Below, piece by piece: positions 8,510 to 18,428 of a DNA stretch of 64,000 nucleotides; position 1 is the stretch's first letter, and each line of letters starts with the position of its first letter. The stretch lies in assembly GCA_000754455.1 (NCBI GenBank), contig JNSE01000001.1, positions 13,923 through 77,922 of the forward strand, given 5' to 3'. The notes under the pieces were generated by a model. The model made no database searches. It was not told the DNA's origin and saw nothing but the letters and a program-made list of their open reading frames with translations. Origin of the DNA: an actinobacterium acAMD-2. Its GTDB lineage: Bacteria; Actinomycetota; Actinomycetes; UBA12327. The translations under genes were made by a program, and so were the position numbers.

Positions 8510-11500
8510 CCCAGCTCTTGCAAAGCGCGGCGCTCTTCATCGAACATTTCCCGCATTTGCTCCGCGCCCATTGGCCGAGCTAGCAGGTAGCCCTGGCCGA
8601 TCTTGAAGCCGAGGTCGAGCAATGCCGTGCGTTGTTCTTCGGTCTCAATTCCTTCTGCGACAACATCATCAAGGTTGAGGGTCTGCGACAAGTCATAAAT
8701 GGCCCGCACAAGTCCCGTCTCGTTGTCATCTCCAGGCAGAGTTGCCACGAATTCGCGAGCCAGCTTGATTCCACTCACGGGAAGTTGGCGCAGGTAACTC
8801 AATGAGGAATACCCCGTTCCAAAGTCATCGATGTAGAGTCGAACGCCGAGTTCAGCTAGTTCGCGCAACCGATCAGCCATCACACTTTCACCGGGAAGAA
8901 GCACGCTTTCGGTGATTTCCAGAACGAGGCAATGCGCAGGTACGCCACTGATAGACAGGGCAAACTTCACGTCGTCAACGATGCATGAGTCCAGAAGCTG
9001 GCGCCCACTGAGGTTGACAGAGACCAGGAACTCGTGACCGATGTTTTCTTGCCATTGGCCGGCTTCGATCAGTGCGCTTTCCAAAATTTCGCGTCCAAGC
9101 GGAATGATCAGACCAGTTTCTTCAGCAAGTGAAATAAAGTGCGCGGGCGACAGCACGCCCTTGGTCGGGTGATTCCATCGTGCTAGTGCCTCAATGCCGA
9201 TGATCGTGTTATCTGACAGGTCCTTCCAGGGCTGGAAGTGCACAAGGAACTCGTTACGCGCGATACCGCGGCGCATGTCGGCCGTCAGCTGCATCTTGGA
9301 GACAGCGAACTCGTGCATCTCGGGCTGGAAGATGGCGTAGCGGTTCTTTCCGCTTCCCTTGGCGTCGTAGAGCGCGAGGTCGGCGTTGCGCATGACATCT
9401 TCGATGTCCTTGGTTGCGCTGGATCCGTAGGCCACGCCGACACTGGCGCCGACTAGGAGCTCGGAGCCGCCGATGCGAATGGGCTGAGCCAAAGCCTCAA
9501 CCACACGCGCGGCAACTAATTCAACCTCGCGTGGGTCATCAACTTCTTCCAGGAGAACGGCAAATTCATCTCCACCCAAACGCGCGGGTGTGTCATTGGA
9601 GCGCAACGTGGAACGCAGTCGTCGCGCAACGGTGCGTAAGAGCGAGTCACCCACTGCGTGGCCAAGACTGTCGTTAACGTTCTTAAAGTCGTCAAGGTCA
9701 ATAAACATCACCGCAAATTCCTTGCCATTACGGCGGCTGCGGGTAATGGCTTGACGCAAACGTTCCTGCAATAGCGTGCGGTTTGCGAGCCCAGTGAGCG
9801 CATCGTGGAATGCCTGATGCTTGAGCTGTTGCTCGAGTTCGTGGCGACGGGTGTAGTCGTGGCACGAGACGGTAAATCCGGTGCCGGTCTCGTCCTCGAA
9901 GCGCGTCGCGGTCATTTCCACAAAGCGTTCTTCTTTGGTATCGGTGACCAAGCGAACCTCGGTTCGCGAGCTGCGTGAGGACCCAGAGTTGGTAAGCGCT
10001 CGTTCAACGAGTGCTTGATCCTCGGTGTGGACTAGGTCCATCCAGTTGGTTCCGGTCAAGGCATCAGCCGTGGGCCCGATCAGTCGTGCCACTGCTGGTG
10101 TGACGTAGGTGATGCGCAGATCCGAATCCAGGACGGCGATGACGTCGGATGCGTCGTGCAGAAGGCGCTGCAGCCGTTCGGAGCTCTCGTTTTCGGCAGC
10201 AAGCTCAGCATGACGCACTCGGTCAAGGGCATGCGCAACGTTGTCGGCCAGTTGCACCAGCGTGGTGCGCGCGGAACGTGAGGGCGCCCGTGAGGAAGAG
10301 ATAGCGAACTGCGACACCTCGGCAACGGTGGTAGCCAAAGAAATGACGCCGAAGAATGCATCACCGCTTACACCTAGGGATACGGGAAGCGAATCGGTTG
10401 CTGGAACGGTACGCATGGCCCGAGCTTCGTCATCAGCGATGGCGAGGTCCTTTGCCTCATCGCCTGAGGACTGCTGAACTAACCAGACGTTAGTGACTTC
10501 TCCTTGCAAGATTTCAGCGACCGCCTCTCGGGCGACTTGGTGAATTTGCTCGGTAGTGAGGGCTTGAACGAGGTGGTTGCCGGCCGCATTGAGGGTGCGC
10601 ACACGCGAGGTGGACTGATTAAGACTGTGGCCAAGAAATCCCAAGCGCAGGATCACCGTGGAAAAGACGATGAACGTTCCAAGGAACAAGCCTCGGTAGT
10701 CGGTGGGCCGGCCCAGCAACGTGTCAGAGACCACCACGCTCAGCGGTGCAAACCCAGCCAAGACAGTCAAGAGCGCAAAGCGCCACCAAGGGGTGGGCTG
10801 GTTAGGCGCGGCGGAAATACTGGTCGAAGCCATCGAGGGGTGGAGGGCAGCCATCCCCAGCAGGATGAAGAAAGGCATGCGAATCACGACGCTAAATCCG
10901 CCACCCCAGGTTTGGCCATCAGCCAAGACAAGCGCGCTTTGGAAGATATTGCCAATCACTAATGTGCTGAGGGCTGCGACGACTAAGCGCATTGATGTGT
11001 TCTTGGTTCCGCTACTGGCAAACCACAATTGCGCGGAACAACCAACGGTTGCCAAGGCGATCAGTGGGTAGATGGTGAGAAGCGCGGTCACTCCACCATC
11101 AAGATCAATGTTTGATCCCAACGGACGAAGGATCAAACCCCAACTGGCCACACCAAGCGCGGTAACAATGATGAGTGTGTCGAGCGCTTCGGCTGGGTCT
11201 TCGCGGAAACGGCGTCGCCCCAAGAGGAGCAGGGCTCCAGCGCCGAGGCAAATGTAACCAGCGATGTGAAAGAGGTTAGGAAAACCGGTGGTGCCGTTGG
11301 CATAAACCGGGGCTGACCCAAAAACCCATAGCAAGGCCGCAATTGAGTGGAAGGCCATTCCGCCAAACATCAACCACCACGCGCCAGGGTGTGAGGGCTT
11401 ATGACGAGCGATGCCTGTCGGGATGGCGATCAGTGATGCCAACGTGACAACGGTGGGAAATATATAGGCGACTGGCGTGCCCAAGACGACCAAGTAGAGC

Positions 11501-11553
11501 GCCATCGAAACCAGGCCAAGGATCCCTAGATTGCGGGCTCGAAAGAGCAACAT
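8506..11553 (-). CDS. membrane-anchored GGDEF-EAL (diguanylate cyclase/phosphodiesterase) signalling protein with PAS region
   Basis: 1015 aa with an N-terminal multi-TM domain, GGDEF motif (LGGDEFAVLL), EAL motif (EALARW), and conserved DDFGTGYSS and EGIE residues. Confidence 0.85.
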   Translation of the reverse strand: MLLFRARNLGILGLVSMALYLVVLGTPVAYIFPTVVTLASLIAIPTGIARHKPSHPGAWWLMFGGMAFHSIAALLWVFGSAPVYANGTTGFPNLFHIAGYICLGAGALLLLGRRRFREDPAEALDTLIIVTALGVASWGLILRPLGSNIDLDGGVTALLTIYPLIALATVGCSAQLWFASSGTKNTSMRLVVAALSTLVIGNIFQSALVLADGQTWGGGFSVVIRMPFFILLGMAALHPSMASTSISAAPNQPTPWWRFALLTVLAGFAPLSVVVSDTLLGRPTDYRGLFLGTFIVFSTVILRLGFLGHSLNQSTSRVRTLNAAGNHLVQALTTEQIHQVAREAVAEILQGEVTNVWLVQQSSGDEAKDLAIADDEARAMRTVPATDSLPVSLGVSGDAFFGVISLATTVAEVSQFAISSSRAPSRSARTTLVQLADNVAHALDRVRHAELAAENESSERLQRLLHDASDVIAVLDSDLRITYVTPAVARLIGPTADALTGTNWMDLVHTEDQALVERALTNSGSSRSSRTEVRLVTDTKEERFVEMTATRFEDETGTGFTVSCHDYTRRHELEQQLKHQAFHDALTGLANRTLLQERLRQAITRSRRNGKEFAVMFIDLDDFKNVNDSLGHAVGDSLLRTVARRLRSTLRSNDTPARLGGDEFAVLLEEVDDPREVELVAARVVEALAQPIRIGGSELLVGASVGVAYGSSATKDIEDVMRNADLALYDAKGSGKNRYAIFQPEMHEFAVSKMQLTADMRRGIARNEFLVHFQPWKDLSDNTIIGIEALARWNHPTKGVLSPAHFISLAEETGLIIPLGREILESALIEAGQWQENIGHEFLVSVNLSGRQLLDSCIVDDVKFALSISGVPAHCLVLEITESVLLPGESVMADRLRELAELGVRLYIDDFGTGYSSLSYLRQLPVSGIKLAREFVATLPGDDNETGLVRAIYDLSQTLNLDDVVAEGIETEEQRTALLDLGFKIGQGYLLARPMGAEQMREMFDEERRALQELG

Positions 11554-11734
11554 CTGGTCTCCTTCCTGGTGAGGGCTGGTCAGGGCTACAGCGGTGTAGG
11601 GGAGTTATCGGCCAAATGGGGGAAAACCTTGACCCCCGGTTCAGTGGGCTTGGCAGGCCCAAATCAGCCTCAGAAACCGGTCAAAGAGGCCTACCCGGTG
11701 GGCACAGTGCACCCCTGGGAGTTAGCGTTGCCAC

Positions 11735-12766
11735 ATGTGGAAATTCCTGGTCTCTCCCCGAGCCCTCGTTCTCCACGCGGTGCTTGTCGTGGTGGCCGTC
11801 AGCTTCACGGCGCTGGCCCTCTGGCAGTGGGATCGAGCCAGCTCTCGCATTGTTGATCCTCGTACCTTGTCTCAAATTTCCATCGACCAGGCCAGCCCTG
11901 TGGGAACTGCGACTTTGCCCACCTCGTCCGTCGGGCGAGCCGTCAATGCAGTGGGTACCTATGACGGGGAAAAGACGTACGTGATCTTGCAACCCACTAA
12001 GACCGGTTCTGTCGCGTGGTCAATGACGCCAATGCGTCTTGATGATGGAACCTACATTCCCGTGGTTCACGGACGCATTCTTGATCCCAGTCCCGGTGGC
12101 GACGTGACCCTGGCAGGTGGTCGAGTTGGCGTGACTGGTCGCTTGCAGGCTTCACAGGATTTGGGATTGGAAGTCAACACCACTGATGTCAAGTTGACCT
12201 ACCCCAAGGGCGCGGTATTGGGCGGAGTATCAACTCCTGAAATTGCTGGTTTGGTTCCTGGCGCATTGCGTCCGGGCTTTATCGTCGCGGATAACGAGAT
12301 TCCGGCCGTTGGTGGTGTGGCGTACCTGCCGCAATCAGATTTCGTGGTTCCCGAGGGCGGGCTTCGAGTTCAAAACGTGTTGTACACAATCCAGTGGACC
12401 TTCTTCACTGTCTTTGCGCTGTTTGTCTATATCCGACTCATGCGGGATGCGTGGTTGCAGTACCAAATTGACAACGACTTACTAGAGCCAGCCTTTGAGC
12501 AGTGGCAGGTCCCTGTTCAGCGTGCACAATCTGAACCTGAGGTTGCTATTGCGCCCGAAAAGCCCGCTCAGGCCAAGGAAGTCAACGTTGAGCCAGAGCA
12601 ACCCAAGCCGGCACAGGAACCACCCGTACGACGCGAGTCACAACAGGTTCTGACGCCACCGGCCCAACGCACACCGCAGCGCGGTCCCAAGGCCCCACCC
12701 TCTGGAACACCGATTAGTGCACACCCTGCGCTGGTCGCAACTCAAAAGACACCAGGAGACATGTAG
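11735..12766 (+). CDS. SURF1-family cytochrome oxidase assembly protein with a Pro/Gln-rich C-terminal tail
   Basis: An N-terminal TM helix is followed by the WQW.R motif (LALWQWDR), and a second TM carries YTIQWTFF. About 100 aa of low-complexity proline-rich sequence follow. Confidence 0.65.
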   Translation: MWKFLVSPRALVLHAVLVVVAVSFTALALWQWDRASSRIVDPRTLSQISIDQASPVGTATLPTSSVGRAVNAVGTYDGEKTYVILQPTKTGSVAWSMTPMRLDDGTYIPVVHGRILDPSPGGDVTLAGGRVGVTGRLQASQDLGLEVNTTDVKLTYPKGAVLGGVSTPEIAGLVPGALRPGFIVADNEIPAVGGVAYLPQSDFVVPEGGLRVQNVLYTIQWTFFTVFALFVYIRLMRDAWLQYQIDNDLLEPAFEQWQVPVQRAQSEPEVAIAPEKPAQAKEVNVEPEQPKPAQEPPVRRESQQVLTPPAQRTPQRGPKAPPSGTPISAHPALVATQKTPGDM

Positions 12767-12768
12767 CA

Positions 12769-13074
12769 GTGGATGCAGCTCTTAAGCGCTATCGCGTCAT
12801 GGCGTACATCACGGGTATCAGTTTGATCGTCTTGGTTTTAGTAATGATGCCGTTGCGCTACATCGGGGGCAATGATGAACCCTCTAAATTGTTCTCGCCA
12901 TTCCATGGAGCGATGTACATGCTCTACGTGGTGACGGTCTTTGACTTGTTTATTCGGATGAAGTGGGAATTAGTCAAGATGGTGTGGGTCATGCTTGCCG
13001 GTTGCATTCCCTTTGTGTCATTCGTCGTAGAGCGACGGGTCACCGCGAAAGCGCGTGCAGCGCTAGCGACCTAA
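12769..13074 (+). CDS. DUF3817 domain membrane protein
   Basis: 101 aa with 3 TM helices in the typical DUF3817 arrangement. Confidence 0.6.
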   Translation: MDAALKRYRVMAYITGISLIVLVLVMMPLRYIGGNDEPSKLFSPFHGAMYMLYVVTVFDLFIRMKWELVKMVWVMLAGCIPFVSFVVERRVTAKARAALAT

Positions 13075-13733
13075 AGCAGGATCAGTGTGATGGCGATGGT
13101 GTGACAGATCGCTGCTGCGATAGTGAAGGCGTGAAAGAGTTCGTGAAACCCAAAGACGCTCGGAAATAAGTTGGGTCGCTTGGTGGCGTAAACAATCGCC
13201 CCAATGGTGTAGAGCACCCCACCGGCTACCAAGAGAGCGTTGACTGTAACCGAAGCACCGGCCGCGAGGTCTGGCGCGATGAACAGAGCAGTCCATCCCA
13301 TCGCCAGGTAAATCGGGACAAACAGGGCGCTTGGTGCTCGGTGCCAGGTGAGCCTGGTGATGATCCCCGCAGCAGCACCACCCCACACGATGGACAAGAC
13401 AATGATTGAGGTTGAGCCAGCCAACACCAATAAACAAAATGGTGTGTACGTGCCCGCGATCAGTACAAAAATCATTGAGTGATCAACGCGCTGGAGCCAG
13501 GCCTTTACCGTTGGTCGCCAGTGTCCACGGTGGTAAATCGCGCTCATGGTGAAAAGACCAGTCAAGCTCAAGGCATAGATGGCTACGCCGGTTCGAGCTT
13601 TCGCGGTTTCGGCGATGAAGAGCAAGGCCATGCCCGTGATGACTGCCACGGGAGCACCCATCAAATGCAAGAGCCCTCGCCATTTCGGTCGCGGGAGAAG
13701 TACCGCGGGCGAGGTGTGGGCAGCCGAACTCAT
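13071..13733 (-). CDS. hemolysin III / PAQR family channel protein (Rv1085c-like)
   Basis: 220 aa with 7 TM helices and conserved His motifs (IYHRGHW, RVDHSMIF). Confidence 0.8.
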   Translation of the reverse strand: MSSAAHTSPAVLLPRPKWRGLLHLMGAPVAVITGMALLFIAETAKARTGVAIYALSLTGLFTMSAIYHRGHWRPTVKAWLQRVDHSMIFVLIAGTYTPFCLLVLAGSTSIIVLSIVWGGAAAGIITRLTWHRAPSALFVPIYLAMGWTALFIAPDLAAGASVTVNALLVAGGVLYTIGAIVYATKRPNLFPSVFGFHELFHAFTIAAAICHTIAITLILL

Positions 13734-13881
13734 GGCTCCACCGTAGTCCTAGGGGATGCCTGGTGAATAGCCAAACCGTCCGCGGGTGATGCTCGGGTCG
13801 TTCTAGGCATGGTTGAGGAACCGAAAGCCCCCCAGTCGGCGGTAGTCTGGGGTCTCACCGCGGGGTTCAACAGGAGTTTCC

Positions 13882-14643
13882 ATGGCATTGAGTGATCTGC
13901 TGTACGGCGCCTACGAGCGTCGGCTAGCAGCCTCGGTGCGCGGGGATCGCATTCCTCGACATGTCGGCGTGATCTTGGATGGCAACCGTCGTTGGGCCAA
14001 GATGCTGGGGGAAAAATCTGATCGCGGCCATCAAGCAGGTGCAGACAAGGTTGCGCAATTTGTGACCTGGTGTGATGAAGCCGGCGTTGAAGTCGTGACC
14101 TTGTGGATGTTGTCAACCGACAACCTTGATCGCCCCGAAGCTGAGTTAGCACCGTTGATTCGCATCATTGAGCAGACCGTGACGGACTTAGCCATTACGA
14201 ACAAGTGGCGCGTTAATCCGGTAGGTGCCTTAGATCTGCTTCCACCACCGACCGCCCAGTTGTTAAAGAGTGCTGCTGAAGCTACTTCCACTTTGGATGG
14301 GTTGATAGTCAACGTTGCCGTCGGATATGGCGGACGACGCGAGATCACCGATGCCGTTCGCAGTTTGCTTAGTGAACATGCCACGCGTGGAACATCCATT
14401 GAGGAATTGGCCGAATTGATTGACATTGATCACATTGCCGAGCACCTGTATACGCGTGGTCAGCCAGACCCTGACTTGGTTATCCGCACCTCAGGCGAGC
14501 AGCGGCTTTCAGGATTCCTGTTATGGCAAAGCGCACACTCGGAGTTCTATTTCTGTGAGGCCTACTGGCCTGATTTTCGCCGGATCGATTTCCTGCGTGC
14601 GTTGCGTGACTTTGGAGCACGCAGTCGGCGCTTTGGCTCGTGA
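13882..14643 (+). CDS. cis-prenyltransferase (UppS family); short-chain Z-isoprenyl diphosphate synthase of the Rv1086 type
   Basis: HVGVILDGNRRWA motif. It is 253 aa and adjacent to a hemolysin III gene, as Rv1085c and Rv1086 are in Mycobacterium tuberculosis. Confidence 0.85.
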   Translation: MALSDLLYGAYERRLAASVRGDRIPRHVGVILDGNRRWAKMLGEKSDRGHQAGADKVAQFVTWCDEAGVEVVTLWMLSTDNLDRPEAELAPLIRIIEQTVTDLAITNKWRVNPVGALDLLPPPTAQLLKSAAEATSTLDGLIVNVAVGYGGRREITDAVRSLLSEHATRGTSIEELAELIDIDHIAEHLYTRGQPDPDLVIRTSGEQRLSGFLLWQSAHSEFYFCEAYWPDFRRIDFLRALRDFGARSRRFGS

Positions 14644-14653
14644 GCGTGAGCCC

Positions 14654-16738
14654 TTAAGGCGTCGTCGCAGAGGCGGGTCGTGATGGTTCAACAGATCCAC
14701 CTGGTGTGGGATTCGTTGACGGGCGCTTGGGGTTGACCGTGACCTTGATGGAGCCATTGGCGTACTGGGTAATGGAACCACCAGCAAAGACCTGGAAGGC
14801 ACCACCTTCGGGGCTGGTCTCTACATCGGAAATGGGTTCTTTAAGTCGAGCTCGAACTTTGGGTGAATACCAGGCTGCATAGACATCGCCATAAACCGCG
14901 CGAGCTCCCCCTAGTCGAGACCAAAACACCCATCCATTGTCAAACGTGACATAGCGCAAGCCAGAGTTGTAATTGGTTCTTGTCTCGCGTCCGCTCGGTG
15001 CGCCAAACACCACAAGCCCGCCGGCTTGCTCAACTGCGGTCATGAAACGTTGGGGCACGGCAACGGCACCAGTTTTGGTCGCGATGATGCTGCCAGTTTG
15101 GAACTTCTGTTCCGTTAGATCCGGCACATTCTTGACCGGCTCGGGTTTTGACAGGGCAAAGCCCAAGGTTCCTAACTCAGCGCGGTAACTGACATAGGTT
15201 TCAAATCCAGGGTTGCGAGTAAGCGGAGCTGCCCACACCACCGATGCGAGCACAGCCAAGGCGGAAGCGGTTAACGTGGCAAGGACCCACGCTGGACGGC
15301 GCGGACGTTGGCGTTGGCGATGACTCTGTTGTGGCTGTACCGCTGACTCATCGTCCACAGCGGGGTCAAGAGCACGAGCGCGCTCTGCTCGGCGTTCGAG
15401 CAGAGCTTGTAGGCCGATGGCCCCGGAGAGCATGAACAACGGAATGGCTGGCAGCCCGTACCTGTAGTCAAACATGACGGTCAAAGACGGCACGGCAAGA
15501 ACTGCGATTCCCACTAAGGCGATGAACGGACCATCCCAACGGCGCCGTCCGCGATCAATCCAACCGGCGAGCAGTCCGAGAACTAATCCGGCAAGCAGGA
15601 TCGGCCCCTGGGTATAGACCACCCCTTGATAGGACTTCAAAAAGAGCGCGGGTCCAGCTTCAATCTTGGGTTGAATCGGATTGCCAGCGAGGTCATTGCG
15701 GGCCACTGCACTGCTGGCGACAGGATCGGCATAAATAGTGGGGAACTGCCATGCGCCGAGAGGGGAGTCCACGCGAGTGGTGTACTTGCCCGGTGCGAAG
15801 TAGTGCGCAAAGTCAGTGATCACGTAGCGCGCATAGGTGAGAGGTTGAGCGAGGATGATCTTGCGCGAAAAACTAGATGCGATCTTGTCTGACTGCTTTC
15901 CGTATGCGCCGAGTGCTTGCACAGGCGAATCGGATGCCCACACGTAGAAGTTGGCGTTAGGTCGGGCGGAGGGGACCGAGTTGTCACACAGGGTGGCTTC
16001 TGCTTTGGTCAGATTGACGGTCGAACAGTCGGCAAACACAGCCACGCGCCCGTAGAGGAATCGTCCACTGCTGTCACTAGTGCTGAAGGTGCCGAAGTAG
16101 GAAGCAAACCAGCTCATGTACCAAACGATCGGAACGAGCATGGCCACTGCAAATCCGATGAGGACTTTCATGCCCACTTTACGAATGAGTAAGTAGCCAA
16201 CAAAAATCGCCGCGATAGGGATCGCAACGGTGCGAGTAAGCGCCGCCGCCGCCAAGAAAGCTCCAGCCACCGCTGCCCAGCGGGGACTCAGCTCAACTTT
16301 CGTCACGATCAAGACTGCTCCAAAGAGCAGCGAGGCAAACATCGTTTCGGCCAAGATGTTGTGCTCGATCTGGATTAAGTAGCTGTCCACCAGCAAGGGT
16401 GTGGCCGCAAGTGCCGCTAACCATGGTCGTGCACCGCGGCCGATGACAACGACGTACAAAACAATCGCCAGCGCCACACCAACGATGTGCTGAATGATGG
16501 TGACGGCATTGAGGTCACCGACGTAACTCAGCAATCGCAAAACAAAGGGATAACCAAAGGGTCGATCGTTTGGCGGCTGAAAGCGCTGCGCGGCCACCAC
16601 ATAGGCATAAGAGTCACCAAAGAACATCAGTGCGGGCTTGTAAGCAAAAATCGTGATTGCTCGTAACACCACCCCAGCGGCGACCAAGGTGGCCATGATC
16701 CAGTGCCGACGCAGGCCCTGGGTTATCGCGGTGATCAT
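14654..16738 (-). CDS. GT-C-type polytopic membrane glycosyltransferase-like protein with C-terminal LGFP repeats
   Basis: 694 aa. The N-terminal ~450 aa contain more than 10 TM helices with an acidic loop motif (FFGDSYAY). The C-terminal ~200 aa have LGFP-like repeats (GDVYAAWYSPKV...GGAFQVFAGGSITQYANGS). The gene lies 11 nt downstream of the GT2 gene. Confidence 0.65.
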   Translation of the reverse strand: MITAITQGLRRHWIMATLVAAGVVLRAITIFAYKPALMFFGDSYAYVVAAQRFQPPNDRPFGYPFVLRLLSYVGDLNAVTIIQHIVGVALAIVLYVVVIGRGARPWLAALAATPLLVDSYLIQIEHNILAETMFASLLFGAVLIVTKVELSPRWAAVAGAFLAAAALTRTVAIPIAAIFVGYLLIRKVGMKVLIGFAVAMLVPIVWYMSWFASYFGTFSTSDSSGRFLYGRVAVFADCSTVNLTKAEATLCDNSVPSARPNANFYVWASDSPVQALGAYGKQSDKIASSFSRKIILAQPLTYARYVITDFAHYFAPGKYTTRVDSPLGAWQFPTIYADPVASSAVARNDLAGNPIQPKIEAGPALFLKSYQGVVYTQGPILLAGLVLGLLAGWIDRGRRRWDGPFIALVGIAVLAVPSLTVMFDYRYGLPAIPLFMLSGAIGLQALLERRAERARALDPAVDDESAVQPQQSHRQRQRPRRPAWVLATLTASALAVLASVVWAAPLTRNPGFETYVSYRAELGTLGFALSKPEPVKNVPDLTEQKFQTGSIIATKTGAVAVPQRFMTAVEQAGGLVVFGAPSGRETRTNYNSGLRYVTFDNGWVFWSRLGGARAVYGDVYAAWYSPKVRARLKEPISDVETSPEGGAFQVFAGGSITQYANGSIKVTVNPKRPSTNPTPGGSVEPSRPASATTP

Positions 16739-16749
16739 GAGATAGATGT

Positions 16750-17973
16750 CTACGCGGTTGGGGCGGAACTGTCTAGCCGTCGAAGATCCAGCAGGCTTAA
16801 GAAGCTGCTGCCAAGGGCTACCTGGATTCCAAGGACCGTCATTACGACGGCGCAGGCTCCGAGTCGAAACGCGGCACTGGTCGATGCTGGGACGGGGGTG
16901 GTGCCGGCGGAGACGCTCAGGCTGGCGATCAGGCCGACGATGCCGGCAAGGAAAAGCAGAACGCCGACGACCAACCCGCTTTCGAAACTGATTCGGTGGC
17001 GGATGCGACTGCGGCTTGGTGGCAGCAGTCGCTCGGTGGCAGCAAATTCGCGCGCGAGAAAGGCGAAGAGCACAGCCTGGAATCCGGCGATCAGGAAGCC
17101 ACCGGAGGCGATGAGCAGTCCTTCAGCAAATTGACCCTGCCCAGGGGTCCAGATGCCACTGCCAAGAGCGATGAGCCCGGCGATACCGATGGCCATGGCC
17201 AGATAGCCGGGGTAGAGGAAGAGCCAACGGGGGCTGTACAGCAGTAGGAAGCGCAAGTGACGCCAACCATCGCGCCAGCTGCGCAGGTGGGGCGGACGGG
17301 TCCGACCATCTTTGCTCAAGGTTGTGGGGACTTCGACAATGGTTTGTTCAGCGAGGGTGGCTTTGACGACAAATTCGGAGGCGAACTCCATGCCCGTGGT
17401 GCGCAGGTCTAAGGCAAGCGCACTAGTGCGCCTAAAGCCTCGAAGCCCACAGTGGAAGTCGCGGATGGGGGACTTAAAGAACAGTCGCCCAATAAAGGAC
17501 AAGACCGGGTTGCCGAGGTAGCGGTGAAGGGCAGGCATAGCGCCGGGGGCAATTCCGCCCTTGAAACGGTTACCCATGACTAGCTCGGCACCGTCACGCA
17601 ATGCGGTAACGAACGCGTCAAGGTTGCTGAAGTCATAGCTGTCGTCGGCATCACCCATGATGATGTAGGTGCCACGAGCGCCGTTGATTCCAGCGATGAG
17701 TGCTGCTCCGTAACCACGGGTGGGCACGTCAATGACCCTTGCTCCGGCGGCTCGGGCGAGGTCTTGGGATCCATCCGTGCTTCCGTTGTCGGCAATGACG
17801 ACTTCGCCGTCGATTCCGGCCGATTCCAGGTAGCTACGGGCCTTACGAATGCAGACCTCAACGGTTTCGGCCTCGTCAAGGCAGGGCATCAGGATCGACA
17901 ATTCGCACGGGGAGTCGGTCGCCTCGCTGGTGGGGGCGGCAAGGGTGTCGGTGTGATCGACGCTCGAGGTCAC
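16750..17973 (-). CDS. GT2 polyprenyl-phosphate sugar synthase (GtrB/PpgS/Ppm-like) with C-terminal TM anchor
   Basis: GT2 catalytic motifs (LSILMPCLDE, DNGSTDGS, DADDSY) are followed by 3 C-terminal TM helices. Confidence 0.8.
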   Translation of the reverse strand: MTSSVDHTDTLAAPTSEATDSPCELSILMPCLDEAETVEVCIRKARSYLESAGIDGEVVIADNGSTDGSQDLARAAGARVIDVPTRGYGAALIAGINGARGTYIIMGDADDSYDFSNLDAFVTALRDGAELVMGNRFKGGIAPGAMPALHRYLGNPVLSFIGRLFFKSPIRDFHCGLRGFRRTSALALDLRTTGMEFASEFVVKATLAEQTIVEVPTTLSKDGRTRPPHLRSWRDGWRHLRFLLLYSPRWLFLYPGYLAMAIGIAGLIALGSGIWTPGQGQFAEGLLIASGGFLIAGFQAVLFAFLAREFAATERLLPPSRSRIRHRISFESGLVVGVLLFLAGIVGLIASLSVSAGTTPVPASTSAAFRLGACAVVMTVLGIQVALGSSFLSLLDLRRLDSSAPTA

Positions 17974-18428
17974 AGGATTCCTGTCTGGGTAACTGTGCGG
18001 GGAAGCACTAGGGCGTTGGGTCAGGATACGGCACCACCGATCCTCAGCCGTGGTACTAAGCCCCCGCCTAGACCAATTTCTTCCGCCCCAGGGGCCGTCC
18101 CGTCCTCAGGGCTCGGATGTGGGCCACTGATGCCTAGTCTGTGGATAACTTGGCCTCACAGGCCCAATTTTACGTTGATGACGGGACTTGCGACCCCCCC
18201 AATGTGGCCCCTTGGCAGTGCCATGGGGCAGGGTAGAGATCAGTTCTCCCGTGAGAGGACCACATCCCCCAACTCTTCAGCGTTGGGCTCCCCCATGTGG
18301 TTTTCACACCGCCCGTTGATCGCCACTGAGCGTGAGGGCCAGCGCCTCCCGTTCAGCACGAATGGGGCCAGAGACCCGGAGAGAGTTGCACCTGCGCGAA
18401 CGGCAGGGGTGCTGGCGAAGGGTTCTAT
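17974..18428 (+). promoter_or_regulatory. 455-bp GC-rich untranslated leader upstream of the secreted transglycosylase gene; candidate cis-regulatory RNA (possibly a c-di-AMP/ydaO-type riboswitch)
   Basis: No credible ORF lies in the region. It contains G/C-run helices (aatggggcc...cccgga...cgcgaacggcaggggtg). In Actinobacteria, genes of this class are often controlled by ydaO riboswitches. Confidence 0.2.
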
